Of a stretch of DNA of 64,000 nt, positions 1 to 13,269 are shown piece after piece. Source of the DNA: the human T2T-CHM13v2.0 reference genome, Homo sapiens. Below the pieces are notes generated by a model, which did no database searches, had not been told where the DNA came from, and saw nothing but the letters and a program-made list of their open reading frames with translations. The stretch lies in the NCBI RefSeq assembly GCF_009914755.1, contig NC_060925.1; one strand, given 5' to 3'. The position numbers and the translations under genes were made by a program. Each line of letters begins with the position of its first letter. Within the stretch, counting starts at the first letter, position 1.

Positions 1-1493
1 TGGCCTATGCTTCCTGATTTTCTAACTTACTACAAACCTACATTAATCAAAATAGTGTGGTACTGGTAAAATATGTCATGTTATGTATATTTTATCACGT
101 AAAGATGGACATATAGACCAGTGAAATAAAGCAGAGAGTCCAGAAATATATGTTCAAATGATTTTTGAGAAGGATGCTAAGACCACTTAATGGGGAAAAA
201 AATGGCAGTTTCTTCAACAAATGGTGTTTTAAAAACTATATATCCACTTGCAAAAGAATAAAGTTGAACCTTTATCTTACATCATACACAAAAATTAACT
301 CAAAATGGATTAAAGACAAATATAAAAGCAAAAATTATAAAACCCTTAGAAGAAAATATTGGGAGGAAATTTTATGACATACCTTAGCAGTGATTTCTTG
401 AATATGACACCAAAAACAACGGAAACAAAAAAATTGGCAATTGAATTACTGTTGAAAACTTTTGTGCATTGAAAGATACTATCAACAGAGTGAAAAGACA
501 AGTCATGGAATAGCACAAAATTGTATGTTTGAGTAGAGGTTGGCATCCATAATATGTAAAGAACCCCTAAAACCCAACAAGAAAACAACTAACAACCTGA
601 TTTAAAAATGGGCAAAGGGTAAGGATATATATTTCTCTAAAAAATACATGCAAATTGTCAATAAGCACATAAAAAGGTGCTTAACATTGCTAATCATTAT
701 GGAAATGCAAATCAAAACCACAATGAGATATCACTTCACGATCATTAGAATGGGCAATTAGCAACACAGACACAACTACAACAACAAAACATACAACAAA
801 TTTTGGCAAGGGTGTGGGGAAATCAGAATCTCTGTACACTGCTAGTACAAATATAAAATGGTACAGCTGCTATGGAAAACAGTATGGTGGTTCCTCAAAA
901 AATTAAACAGAAAATTACTATCTGGCCCAGCAATTCCACTTCTGGGTATATACCCCAAAGAATTGAAGGCAGTGTCTCAAAGAAATATTTGTACACCCAT
1001 GTTCGTAGAAGCATTATTCATAATAGCTACCAGGCAAAATCAACCCAAAGTGTCCACAGACAGATGAGTGGGCAAACACAATGTGGTATATAAATATAAT
1101 ATGATATTATTCAGCCTTCATCCAAAAGAAATTCTGACACATAATACAATATGGGTAAATGATGAAGACATTATTATGCTAAGTAAAATAAGCCAGTTAC
1201 AAAAGGACAAATACTGTATGGTTTCACTTATACAAAGTATCTAGAGTACTCAAATTCTTGAAGCCAGAGACAAGAATGGCTGTTTCTAGGGACTAGAGAG
1301 AGTGAGGAATGGGGAGTTAGTGTTTAATGGGTATAGAGTTTCAGTTTGAGAAGATAAAAATCTTCTGGAGTTGGATGGTGGTGATGCTTGCACAACAATG
1401 TGAATGTATTTAATGTCACTGAACTAGATACTTAAAAATTGTTAAAATGGTCAATTTTATGTTACATTATTTATATTTTGTCACAGTAAAAAA
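1..1493 (+). mobile_element. Old LINE-1 (L1MA/L1MB-type) 3' part: end of ORF2 plus 3'UTR
   Basis: Decayed ORF2 C-terminal motifs (FNKWC...[11 protein letters not shown]; LWKTVW.FLKKL...[12 protein letters not shown]). Typical 3'UTR ending aaaatggtcaattttatgtt...cacagtaaaaaa. Confidence 0.9.
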
Positions 1494-1825
1494 GTATACT
1501 TGAACAATTTTTAAATGCCCCCACATACCTTTAGTTTATTTTTTTACAAAAGGACTCACCTGTAGAAATAAAAGCTGGAGATTGCCTCTTCTTTAATTAG
1601 TATTTGGCTGATTCTATATAATGGATACTTATCTAAAATATTTATTGTAAATCAAATTATTATAAATTACATTATTTAAGTAATAATTTTTCTTTTTATT
1701 TAAAGAAACTGCAAAGTTAAAATTTTAATGACCCGACTCTTACATCTTGTTCTCTATCACAAATTCGTAATTTTTCATATGAAGTTCCAAACTCAAAGAC
1801 ACCCAGCTTCCTAAAGGTGTAGGCC

Positions 1826-2036
1826 ACAGATAGCCAAACATTTTCTATAAAGGGCCAGAGAGTAAATATTGTGGCTTTGCCATGTGGTCTCTGTCTGAAC
1901 TAATTCAATTCTGCAACTGTAGCAACAAAGCAGAAATAGGCAATACATAAACTAATGGGGATGTCTATGTTCCAATAAAACTTCACTTTCAAAAACAGAT
2001 GGTGAGGAGGATTTGGCCATAGGTTGCTGACCTCTG
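1826..2036 (-). mobile_element. MER58A (hAT-Charlie non-autonomous DNA transposon)
   Basis: Reverse complement of the MER58A consensus: ttttctataaagggccagagagtaaatatt...gttccaataaaactt...ttgctgacctctg. Confidence 0.85.
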
Positions 2037-2128
2037 GTGTAGACCAAATGAGATCTCTGCTTCATGCAAAAAGGGTCCAAAACAGTTCTCAAGAAAAGTG
2101 TTAGCTGGATGAAGTCAGGAAGGACAAG

Positions 2129-2488
2129 TGTATTAGTCTGTTCTCACGCTGCTCATAAAGACATACCTGAGACAGGGGAATTCATAAAGGGAAAAGGTTT
2201 AATTGACTCACAGTTGAGCATGGCTGGGGAAGCCTCAGAAAAGCTACAGTCATGGCAGAAGGGGAAGCAAACACATCTTTCTTCACATGGTGGCATCAAG
2301 GAGAAGAGTGAGCAAAAGGGGAAAAGCCCCTTATAAAACCATCAGATCTCATTAGAACTCACTCACCATCATGAGAGCACCATAAGGATAACCATCCCCA
2401 TGATTAAATTACCTCCCACGACACATGGGGATTATGGGAACTACAATTCAAGATGAGATTTGGGTGAGGACACAGCCAAACCATATCA
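2129..2488 (-). mobile_element. THE1 (MaLR) solo LTR
   Basis: tgtattagtctgttctcacgctgct...cacagccaaaccatatca. TG..CA ends; 5-bp TSD acaag/gcaag. Confidence 0.95.
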
Positions 2489-4039
2489 GCAAGGAAATTA
2501 AAAATTGTTATTCAAGCAAAGGTAGTGGAGGTGAGTAGGGATGGGAGTAAAAAGAAAATGGGGGTCAGGGGAGGTGGAGAGAAGGTTCTCCATCCGAGGA
2601 AGCTACATACTCAGAGACCCAGAGGCTAAATGATGAAGCCCACTGCTGCTCTTGGAAATCACTGAGGGCATAATGAGACATGGAGTGCTTTAGCATGAAT
2701 ATTTAAGAATATACACAAGGGCCTTTTGGTCAGCAGAGACCCAAAGGGTTATAAAGGCTGAGGGGAGGTGGAGGAGAGTAAAGATAGACAATAGACAATA
2801 TATTTTTAATTGGAACTTTAATAGAGCTTTTGAGTTCTGAACTCATGCAGTAAGTAGTTTTGACAAGCCAATGCCCAGTAATCACTTTACCAAGGGGGAG
2901 AGCTTGTTCACCATTAAATGCTGATCTGTTAAAGGAAAACACAAATTCATAATTCATACTATTTCAATTTTTGCTTGGAGGCCAACTAGCAACATAGAAT
3001 ATATTTCATTTTAACATTTCTCTCTCTATATATATTATGTATGTTTGTCCTATACTTTAAGTTTAACCGTAATATTTGCCAGTAAATCATAAGTATGTCT
3101 GCAACAAATGTCCTAAGGGGATTTTGGTGACTTCTGTTAACCTCTAATTCACTATTTTTCAAACTTTTGACCAACCATCAGCAATGTCATTGCTCCAACT
3201 TGGTTGCTGAGTAGCCTTAGGCAAAATGTAGGATACAAAGGCATAACCCAAGAATAATCTTTCATCCTTGGGGTCGAGGAGGGAAAGGTGGAAGCAGAAC
3301 TCCTGGAACAGCACTGCTTCTGCCACCTCAGACCAGATGTACATTGTCCCAGTGTGGGAGAAGCAAACTGTCTCTTCACTTGCTTAAGTTATTCAATCAC
3401 TTTTTGGCAAGACTTCAAGCAGTTTTTGCTGCAGTTAGCTCTAAAGGGGGCATAGAGTTTTTACTACTTTGAAATGACAAGCTTAAGGACATTCATGATA
3501 GGCTCAGGAGGGTCTCTGTTGGGTCTCAGGAAATGTCTCATCAAAGTCATTCTCAGGAGTTCCAGGACAGGACTGCATTTTTGGACCTAAATTATTTTGC
3601 CCTCTATGCAGTGATTTCTATGTCTTAGAAAGAAAAAATAATAATATTAATAATGGTGAGTGGGATGAGAAGTCCCTTTACATTCCATTTTATTATTCAT
3701 TTGGACAGATAATTGTTTGAGACTACCTTAATGGAAGTGCATGCTATACAAGTAAGAAATTATTTCATGCATGTCAGTTCTTTCAGGATGCTGTTGCTGT
3801 AATCACTCACTGAAAAGACCTATTGTTAATTTTTAAAGAAGCTTAAAGGAGAAGAAAACATGCCCACGGGCACAAGGTTCAGTGAGCAGTCATAATGTGG
3901 TGAAGAAGAGGCAGGAAGGAGGCCCAAAAGGCAGGAACTGGCTGGGGGCCATCCCAAAGGCCATGGCAGTAAAGGGTATATGTGGATGGACACCACGAAC
4001 TGTACCAAACAATGCCAAAAATATTGTCTACCATACTTA

Positions 4040-4625
4040 CTTCATCCTTACAGAAACTCTATGATATAGTTATCATCTTTAGCATCCTTTTATAAGGAGG
4101 AAATTAAAGCCCAGAGGAGTTAAATAATGTGTCAGTTGGGGTCTTGTGAGGAGAAGAATCTGAAACAGGCTTAGAACTGCAAGAGATTTATCGAATAAAT
4201 GCCTGTGAAAACTAAAAGAAAGGGAGCAGGAGTCGTCAGGGAGAATCTTCAGACCATGGTGTGGGTGGGACGCTGTAAAAGGAGAGAGGGAAGGAAGGAT
4301 GAATAGAAACAGCCCCAGACCACGGCACAGTTGGCGTAGCTTTACACAAGCCAATGGGAGTCCCCAAACAAACATGCTCATTGGAAGAGTCCTGGGGAGG
4401 GAGGGCTGTGTTGGCACCATTAGTCTTGTCATGTACAGTCATTGCTGGGAGCATCCCAAGGGAAGTGTGATCTTGACACCAGCCTGGTGCTGGATTCGAA
4501 GCTGTCAGCCAACTATGCCCTTGTGGCAGGTTTTCTTGGAGAAGGTCTAAGCAGGTATTTCCACAGATGCTGCTGTAACTTGCCTCGAAGGTGAAACTAG
4601 GATTTGATCATGGGCTGTCTGAGCA
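4040..4625 (-). mobile_element. MIR split by an LTR16 insertion (halves about 4040-4127 and 4576-4625)
   Basis: MIR core ggaaattaaagcccagaggagttaaataa resumes after the LTR as taacttgcctcgaaggt...ggatttga. Confidence 0.65.
4128..4575 (-). mobile_element. LTR16-family (ERVL) solo LTR
   Basis: tgtgtcagttggggtc...tgcaagagatttatcg...gcctgtgaaa...cttcagacc resembles the LTR16A/B reverse strand. Confidence 0.7.
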
Positions 4626-4711
4626 TTGCACAATGGTCTGAAATCTTCCTTGATCTGGTTAAAGAAGTCAAAAGGCAATATAAATATCTTGATACCGTAT
4701 TTGCTATATTT

Positions 4712-4918
4712 CAGGAGTTGGCAAACTTTTTATATAAAAGACCATAAAGTAAATATCTTACTCTTTGTGAGCATATGGGGTGTCTGTCACAAATACTCGG
4801 CCCTGTTGGTCCTAGTGAGAAAACAAATGGGAGAGGCTGTGTTCTAATAAAATTGTATTTATGCAAAAACAGGCACCAGGCTGAATTTGACCCAGGGGCC
4901 ATAGTTTGCCAACCCTTG
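4712..4918 (-). mobile_element. MER58A
   Basis: TIR-like ends caggagttggcaaac ... gtttgccaacccttg; internal ggctgtgttctaataaaattgtattt. Confidence 0.88.
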
Positions 4919-5009
4919 CTCTGTATGACAAGAAACAAATGTCAGATCAAAGAGGAAACAAAAGTAATAAACTGTAGAAGATGAAGACATGAGAACCCAG
5001 CATCAGCTC

Positions 5010-5370
5010 TGATATGGTTTAGCTGTGTCCCCACCCAAATCTCATCTTGAATTGTAGCTCCCATAATTCCCACGCATCATGAGAGGGACCGGGTGGGAGG
5101 TAAATGAATCATGGGGTGGGTTTTCGCATGCTGTTCCTGTGATAGTGAATAAGTCTCATGAGATCCGATGGTTTTATAAAGGGGGCACTCCTGCACATGC
5201 TCTCTTGCCTGCTGCCATGTAAGAAGTCCCTTTCCTCTTCCTCCATCTTTTGCCATGATTGTGAGGCCTCCCCAGCTGTGCGAAACTGTGAGTCCATTCA
5301 ACCTTCTTCCTTTATAAATTACCCAGTCTCAAGTAGGTCTTTATTAGCAACATGAGAATGGACTAACACA
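5010..5370 (+). mobile_element. THE1C-like (MaLR) solo LTR
   Basis: tgatatggtttagctgtgtccccacccaaatctcatcttg...gagaatggactaacaca; TSD agctc/agccc. Confidence 0.95.
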
Positions 5371-5698
5371 AGCCCAATCAGCCCATTTTCTTCACAACAA
5401 TTTCTTGGCTGTCATGTAGACTCACATAAGGTCTCTATTTTCTATCCAAGAGAAAACTCATATATACGCTCTTAGTGGGGACAAAATAGAAAATAGTTTC
5501 TTCACATTCCTGACACATTCTTTCCCTGGGCCAGGAAAATAGAGTGGGCCATAGGTGGCTTAGTGATATGGATTCTGCTGAGTCCTCACATTGGAATGAC
5601 AGGGAGGGTTGCATGCAGAACACAAAATAGGAGAGTGCCCTTTTAAAGGCATTTGAGAAGGACTAAGAAGATTTATATCTGAAATTAATATTATGCAT

Positions 5699-5840
5699 CA
5701 TTCATTCATTCATTCATTCAAATACTAATGGAGTCCCACTTTAATCTTGATCATGTGCTGATACTAAAGATACAAAAAAGATTAAGTCATGGATTCAACA
5801 CATGAAGAGGCCACAGTTCATCAGAGAAAAGACAACACAG
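5699..5840 (-). mobile_element. L2 3' end fragment
   Basis: (cattc)n tail followed by aaatactaatggagtcccact...gtgctgatactaaagataca. Confidence 0.6.
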
Positions 5841-6318
5841 TACAATACGAGCTATGGTACAGGAAATCACATGGTCTGTATGGATCTGTATGGATTGCCC
5901 TCTTCTAGGCAGCTCCCCACTCCTTTCTTCTCTGCTAGGAAAAGGTAAACAGATCTAGCCTGCACTGGCTTAGCTAGGAATGGATGTTTAGATGATCTTT
6001 CCTTTCTGACAAGAATACCTTACTGGCACATGAGGTGCCTATTGTCCAGGGTGTGTTGGTGCAAAAAAGAGACACAGTCAGGGAGGAAAGCAGTCTGAGT
6101 ATATGAAGTCCACTTCACAATTTTGTATAAGGTTGCCCTCTCTGGATGAAGAATCTGACTCTACATCTCAGTGTTTCCTTCAAAATGAATACAAAGTTCT
6201 ACAGAGTCAGGAAAGAACTGGAAAGTCTCAATCTGTGGCCACTCTTCATGGCAGGGAAAGCTAGACTCATGGTGAAGAAAAGCTTTTCCTCATTGCAAAC
6301 TGCATTCCAAGTTGCCAC

Positions 6319-6627
<309 letters not shown>

Positions 6628-9600
6628 CAAGTTGCCACATATTTTTAAATACCCTTATACTTTAAAACTACCCACCATCTCATTCCACATAATGCTTAAA
6701 TAAACCACCCAGGCAGAAAACCACATAAAAATTAAATTTCATTTTTAAAACATGATTTTTATAACTTGTATTTACGCCCAGCTACAAATCAGAGAAATAG
6801 AAAACATTTACATTAAAAAAAGTTTTGTTTTGTTTTTTTTTTCAAAAAATATGGCCAACTCCAAACAAAGATGGCATAAAAATGCCCACCTACTCGGTGC
6901 AATATTTTTTCTGTCCGGATCAGTTAATAGTTGCATCTATCTGATAGTATTATAAAAACATGAAATCAACAAATTATATGTAGATTTCTTAAATTATGTG
7001 TCTAGAAAAGTGATCTGGACTGTTCATGAAGTCAAAAACCAACAACAAAACAACAATAGCTGCTCACTACTTGGTTCCATGTAGACCTCATGTCAATTTC
7101 CAGACTATCATACTATTGTTTTCTAGTCTAGGAAAGTCTTGAATTACAGATCATTCCCACTAAAGCATATTCACTTGTCCTAAGAACATTTACTTCTTCA
7201 CTTTATATTCTACTCAAAACTCAAGTCAGTCCCTTTGGTCCTAAGATATGAAAAGCACCAAATCCACAGATAGTTTGAGTTGATATTTCAAAGCTTTGAA
7301 AGTGAAATATAAGAAATTGTATTGGACTTGTGATAAATGAGAAATGTAGTGGCATATTTATGACACTTTAACTAATTGGGCTGGTCATTGTGCTTCCTGG
7401 CTCAGATGTATCACTGCACTACCACAGGTCAATATACTTCAGGTGGTGTTCTCAACTCAGAAATATGCACAGGCCACATCTCTGATGGAGCTCTTGGCAA
7501 ATCACTTGAATTACATTCCCTAATATTCAACAGATGCCTATAACCCACATGGCAAACAGATACATTCAGTCAGTAGTTCACCATAACATTATATTGAAAC
7601 AAATACAAGAACCCATGCATAATATTTAATAAAAACACAAAGAACTATAAATGGCATAACTCCAGAGTTCATTACTGCTCAAACTGTCTCAACTTTCATA
7701 GTAGCATATATTCCACTGACCAAATCAGTGTGTATTTATCATGAGATTCTCTCTCTTTGGCAGAGAAAGCAAGTGGAATATTCAACGTGAGCTTGATTTA
7801 GAATAGATAGAGGCAGACAGACCTTGCAGCTTTGGACGTTACTGAAAAGAGAAGTGATTTATGATGTCATTTCTGTTTACATATAGTTCATTTTCTGTTA
7901 GGGCTATAGCATTTTCTTCAAGTAAAAAGGCTTCTTGGGATGGTATCTCACCACTCCCCTCCTCTTCCCAGCCAACCTTCCCCTCTCCTTCCCTACTGTT
8001 TTCCTCTCCTTCACAGCCCATATGTCTTATAAGACAAGTTTCACTTGAAAATGAACAAAACTCTGTGAAGAAGTGAGGTCAAAGTTAGAAATGCGAGCAT
8101 CCATTTTCATCTTTACCAGTGATTCCAAATTCTTGTGATTCATTTATGGGAAAAGGAAGAGCAGTAAAACAGATAGGGCAAAATAGAAAAATCTTCCTTA
8201 GACACCCATTATCCTAATGGCAAAGCTTCTAATGGGTAAAGGAAACTGTTGAGAGGTGATACTCTTGCCAGTTTTTAAAATTCTGTATTTGCACTGTAAT
8301 TAACAAAGAATAACCACTTGCAGTTTCAATTATAGCAAATGCTCTTCTCCATCATGTCCCTCAAACTACATTTGAATGATACCTCTGTTGGCAATCAAGA
8401 AGCATTTGGGAGGCATTCCAGCAGTGGTTTTTAGTTGAAGATATTTGATCCCTCTGTTTATATATTCTTGTTTAGTGTAGAATCATCTCAGATCAAAGGT
8501 AATGTCAATTGATTGAATTAAAATGTATAGAATAAAATCCACAAATTAGGTCGGATGTCTGATTATGATCTCTGATCAAAAAAAGTACATGAAACACATT
8601 TTCTGAATATTTAAAGTGCTGTCAAGTATAGTATAATACCACATGTTGTAAGGAGTTTAATAAACACAAATCAGTCGAATTTATTTGTATTGTTTGATCT
8701 GTTTTATTGTCATAAAATATGTATGGAAATGACATATACAGAAGCAGCATTCCTAAATAACCTGGCATTGATAAAATAAGGAGAAATTCATCAAACAGAA
8801 ATATATATAGCTCATCCAGAGACTACAGAGCATTCTGATATAATTACTGTGATTCTGTTTCATTGCCAACAAATGAGGAAAGAGACTGCGTAGTAATTCT
8901 CTACTCCCACATACTTTTGGTTGTACAACAGGTCCAAATAAGACTCTACGGATCTTGGATCGTCCAGACTATATGACTTGACTATTGGTGGGCTTTTTCT
9001 CCCAGTAATGTTCTGCAGGTGGTGTTGGGGGAGGTCAGTAAACCTATAAGTTGGCTGTAAATATGCCCTCCAGAGATCTGTTGGGGATTTTAAACATTTT
9101 AGATACAAGGCAGAATCAACTCATTTTGAAAAGAAAGCACTCTATGCCTGGAGAATACACCTTCCATTGGGCAAAGAAAAAAACTCTGCCAGAATCGAAC
9201 TTCTATACCCAGGAATACCATGGCATGATTCCAATAGGTTCAGTTCTGAGATAGAGTGGAAGGCTAAACTCCAGGGCTGCTTCTTGCAGTTCCTCCAGCC
9301 CAATACCTTAGTCTGAATCCCAAAGCCACTCAAAAAATTGTTCAAAAGTTTGCAACAGATGGGTTCAAAATCTAATGCATTTAGAAATAGTTGGCCTATC
9401 CTTGAGGTATTTGAGCACAATATATGTGATAATATATGTCACTTTTAAAGCAGTGTTCCACTGTTATAGCACGAGTCCTCATTTTGGACTCTAAAAATAA
9501 TTTTATATTATGTCTATATTTGTTAAGAAGCTTGTAGAAAAAAGTGTTTGGGGTAGACCAGTAGGGCAAGGGGAAGGGCAATAAAGAGGAAAGCTTCCCA

Positions 9601-10399
9601 TATTCTGCATTAGTTTAATTTCTTTTTTCTCTTTGCAAGCTTTAAAAAGAAGGGGGAAAGGATGAAATTATTTGAAGGAACAAGAGGGTAAAGAAATAAA
9701 GATAAACAGAGTTAAGATGTAATTGCACGCTGTAATTTGCTAACAAAGAATTTTGTAGGTTGCCAACCTGTATAAATTACATACAGTTGGGAAAAGACTT
9801 CCAAGCAGAGAGAAATATAATTGCTTCATCTATTTTTTTTCTCAGTCAGTGTTTCTAACACTAACTCTATTGTATGACTGAACTGTACAAAATTACACTA
9901 GTTTCACAGATAGCCTTTGAAACACATTGTTGTAGGCCCTGAGACCTCCAAACTATCACCTGTGTGGTGAGAGCCCTCTAGTGGATGGGGGACTCCAAGC
10001 ATGCAATGTCCGGAGCTTTGCCTGGAAAGGTGAAAAATTCAGTCATCTCACATTACCACTGGGCAACAGAGGGGAGACGGCAGAGCTTTCTGGGTGTATT
10101 TCTCTAGCTCAAATGTAAAATGGGAAGCCTACCTCCTCTGCCAGTTGCCATTTAACATTTCTATTCTTCCAGAGTGTTACACCCTTTCCTTGACATTCTG
10201 ACAAATCTTTGGGTAGAACCAGTAAACAATGGCCTTTGGATTACTGTAGAGAAGAGAGGGTTCTGCATTAAGAGAAAGTGAACCATTATTCTAACACTAT
10301 TCCGTCAGAAAACTAGCTGTATGACTGACTGATGGCTGATTTATCATAACCAATATATTTCCCTGAAATTTGAAGAGGAATTGGAGATTCCTCCTAAGT

Positions 10400-11215
10400 T
10401 GCCAGGAATTATTTAGAAATGTGTGGCCATATAGCCAGAGTTCTCCCAGTGGCTCTCTTCTCTTTCCTGGTTGTTGCTTTTTAGTCTCCTTTGTTAATTT
10501 CCCCCTATACTGGACCTTTAAACCTTGGATCAACTTGAGGCCTCTTCTCTTCTGACTTTGTACAATCTTAAGACATCTCAAGGATATATACTAATAAATG
10601 TTAAATTAAAAATTGTACCCAGATCTTCTTTCTTAGACTCTTCCTTTTAGATGTCTCATAAGAGCTTCAAGCTCAATAGAAACAGAAGTGAACTTAACCC
10701 AAATCTGCCCCCTTTCTTGTGTTTCTAATCAAAGCAAATGACAACCTACAAACACGACCATCTTTTTGAATTTTCCTCCTTCTTGGGACGCATAATCATC
10801 AAGTCAATAAATTCCACCTCTGATATTGCTTTCAAATTTATTCCCTCTATCTATTTTAACCATCATCACTAGCCTAACCCAAGCCATACAAACCAGTGCT
10901 ATCACTTTCTAACAAATATTCCTGTATCTATCCCCTAATCCACTATTTTAACAATGCAGACCTGATCATACCATTTCTCTGCTTTAAATCTTTGATGACT
11001 GTTATGATAAATTTCCATATTCTTTTTATGGTCTCAAAATCCTGCATAATCTGGACACTGCTTATCTCTCCAGTCTCTCTTCCCCTTCTCCCCCACATGC
11101 TCCTCTGTCCAAATATAACATTTTACATTCTTTCCTGCCTTGGGGCCTTCATTCAGCTGCTCCTGCCTGGCATGCTCTCTGACTACACTTACCTACCTAA
11201 TTATTAATGTTCATA
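10400..11215 (+). mobile_element. L2 (LINE-2) internal fragment
   Basis: Degenerate L2 motifs: ttagatgtctcat...ttcaagctcaa, tctgatcataccatttctctgctttaaa, ctgcataatctgg...cttatctctccagtctc, ctgcctggcatgctct. Confidence 0.7.
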
Positions 11216-11924
11216 TTGCATTTTAAAGCTATAAGTCTCATTTTTGTTAAAATAAAATGTAGGTAGAAAAATTTTATATGTACATGTCCTTTAACTGAGC
11301 CATAATTAAAAGGAAAGAAATTAAACAAAGACTCTTGCCCAGAGAGGAAGCTGTCTCCCCTCACCTGTAACTGCTGTGTTTACACAGATGGTGTGCTCTG
11401 AAAAGCCTTGCTTTCAGTTGATAAGGAAACTAAAATTTAACCAAGACCTTTGATTAGCTGATTTATCAAGTTGAAGCCAGTTCCCCTTAAGATGAAATCT
11501 AATTCTTGCTCTGTATCCCATGTGGCAAGCTTCAGTTTTCTATAATTTTCGTTCATCCAACATAGAGATAATAACTCTCCTGAGGTCAAATTATTTTTAC
11601 GAAGGTTGTCTTCAACACCTGAAATGTTGCTTTAAATTCTGAGTTTGGAAAAAATTCATAGATGCTTAGAATCATGAATCACTGGGATGTGATGGTGGGG
11701 AATATGTCTGTTGCTCTTCACTTTCATTTTAAATGACATTCCCACTCTTGGTTTTCTTTCTTTGTTCTTCTAACTGTCTAAATTACCTGTGAAAATTTAT
11801 GAGTGGAAACAGAATGGTTTAATATGCTTCTTTCCCAGAAGTATTTGATATTTACAGTTGAAAAATGACCTAGATTCGGTTCTAATTCACACACAGGTGA
11901 TGCTTGCTATTTCTGTACTTTTCT

Positions 11925-12170
11925 CCATCAGCCTTAGCCTAAACACCACTACCTCATGAAAAGCTTTCCCAATACCTCTAGGCTGGATCAGGTGGTGTTA
12001 TTATTATGTCCACAGCAAATGTTTTACCTCCTCCACTAATTACCCCATTAATTTCAGTCTTTCAGTTTATGAGCTCCATATCATGTCTACCTTGTTCATT
12101 TGCTCATGCCCTGCACATAGCACAGTGCCTTAGACATAGTAAGCATTCAGGAAATATTTGTTGAGTGAAA
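11925..12170 (+). mobile_element. L2 3' end
   Basis: catgtctaccttgttcatt...tagcacagtgccttagacatagtaagcattcaggaaatatttgttgagtgaa. Confidence 0.8.
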
Positions 12171-12249
12171 AAATTCAATGCTTCCTCATATGGAGAGTGT
12201 TTTCTTGGCAAGACCATGCAATCAGGGAAGAAAATTACTATTAAAAATA

Positions 12250-12555
12250 CAGACTTTCTCAGAGATCCCAATGGCAGGATCTCTCTCTCTCTCCCTCTCT
12301 CTCATTTTAAGTCTCTCCATGTTTTGGTTTCATTCACGTTTCCTTGTACACTTATTCCTCTGCCTCCACGCATAAGTTACAGGTTGTTATTATAGCTCTG
12401 GAGTTTATGTGTTTTCAGTTCACAGGACTAGTAGAGTCTAATATTCCTTATCCAATTCCAAACTCTAAAAAGAGAGAGAGGACTGTCTATCACTGGGCAA
12501 AACTAGTGGGACACCTCTTTCAATCAGCTGTGACTGGAAGGGTTCGATTCTGTCA
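12250..12555 (-). mobile_element. Old MLT1 (J/K-like) LTR fragment
   Basis: Weak similarity, e.g. caatcagctgtgactggaaggg and ttggtttcattc. Confidence 0.4.
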
Positions 12556-13269
12556 GCAAGATGTTTGTGTGGGTTGTGGGTGAGGCATTGAATACTGCAA
12601 ATACCCCAAAAGTTGTCTACTACACCGTTTGTCTCCTTGAATGCTCTGGAACATAAGATCATAAATAAATAAATATCAGTAAAAACAAAAAAAGCACAAA
12701 ATGTCATTGGCTTCCCTGCAGGTGTTGATGAACATTAAGGGAAAATCTAGGTTTTATAGAGATGTATTGACAAACATTTCTCTTTTCTCAAATAAGGAGT
12801 ATGTTCATTATTACTTGATGAGACTACTCCTTTATTCAAAATATCTCTAATTTTTAATAGTTTTTCCTTAACTCATTATGTGGTTTGCAACTTCTTAATA
12901 GGATTGTGGACTAGAATACACAGCTACTCCACACCTGACATTTTTCTCTTCACATATCTATCCAGGAGAAAGAGTTTCTTTACACATTTAAAATATTATT
13001 TTCACTATTTAAGTAGGCCATAAATCTGATTTTAAATGCATTTGGTATAAAATGTATTCTCAAATGAAAGAATATGATTGAAAATATTGAATTTTATTCA
13101 TTCTTTTTCATTCTGGCTCTATCTTTGTTAATAATTCAGACATGCAGGAAATATGTAAAGGTGAGATTTCAAGTCATTACTAACATGCATTTGTCAGACT
13201 TTTCCTGGAATAAATATAAAGTGGCTTATTTGATACATGTCTTTTCTAGTTTCAAAGATTCCATTGGGT

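Noticed and set aside
1826-5370. MER58A+THE1 twice as a segmental duplication
   Set aside because: The THE1 LTRs differ in orientation, internal sequence and TSD, and the flanks do not align convincingly.
7745-7792. Possible micro-exon (ctctctttggcag ... caac|gtgagc)
   Set aside because: Splice-like signals alone are frequent by chance; no partner exons or reading-frame support.
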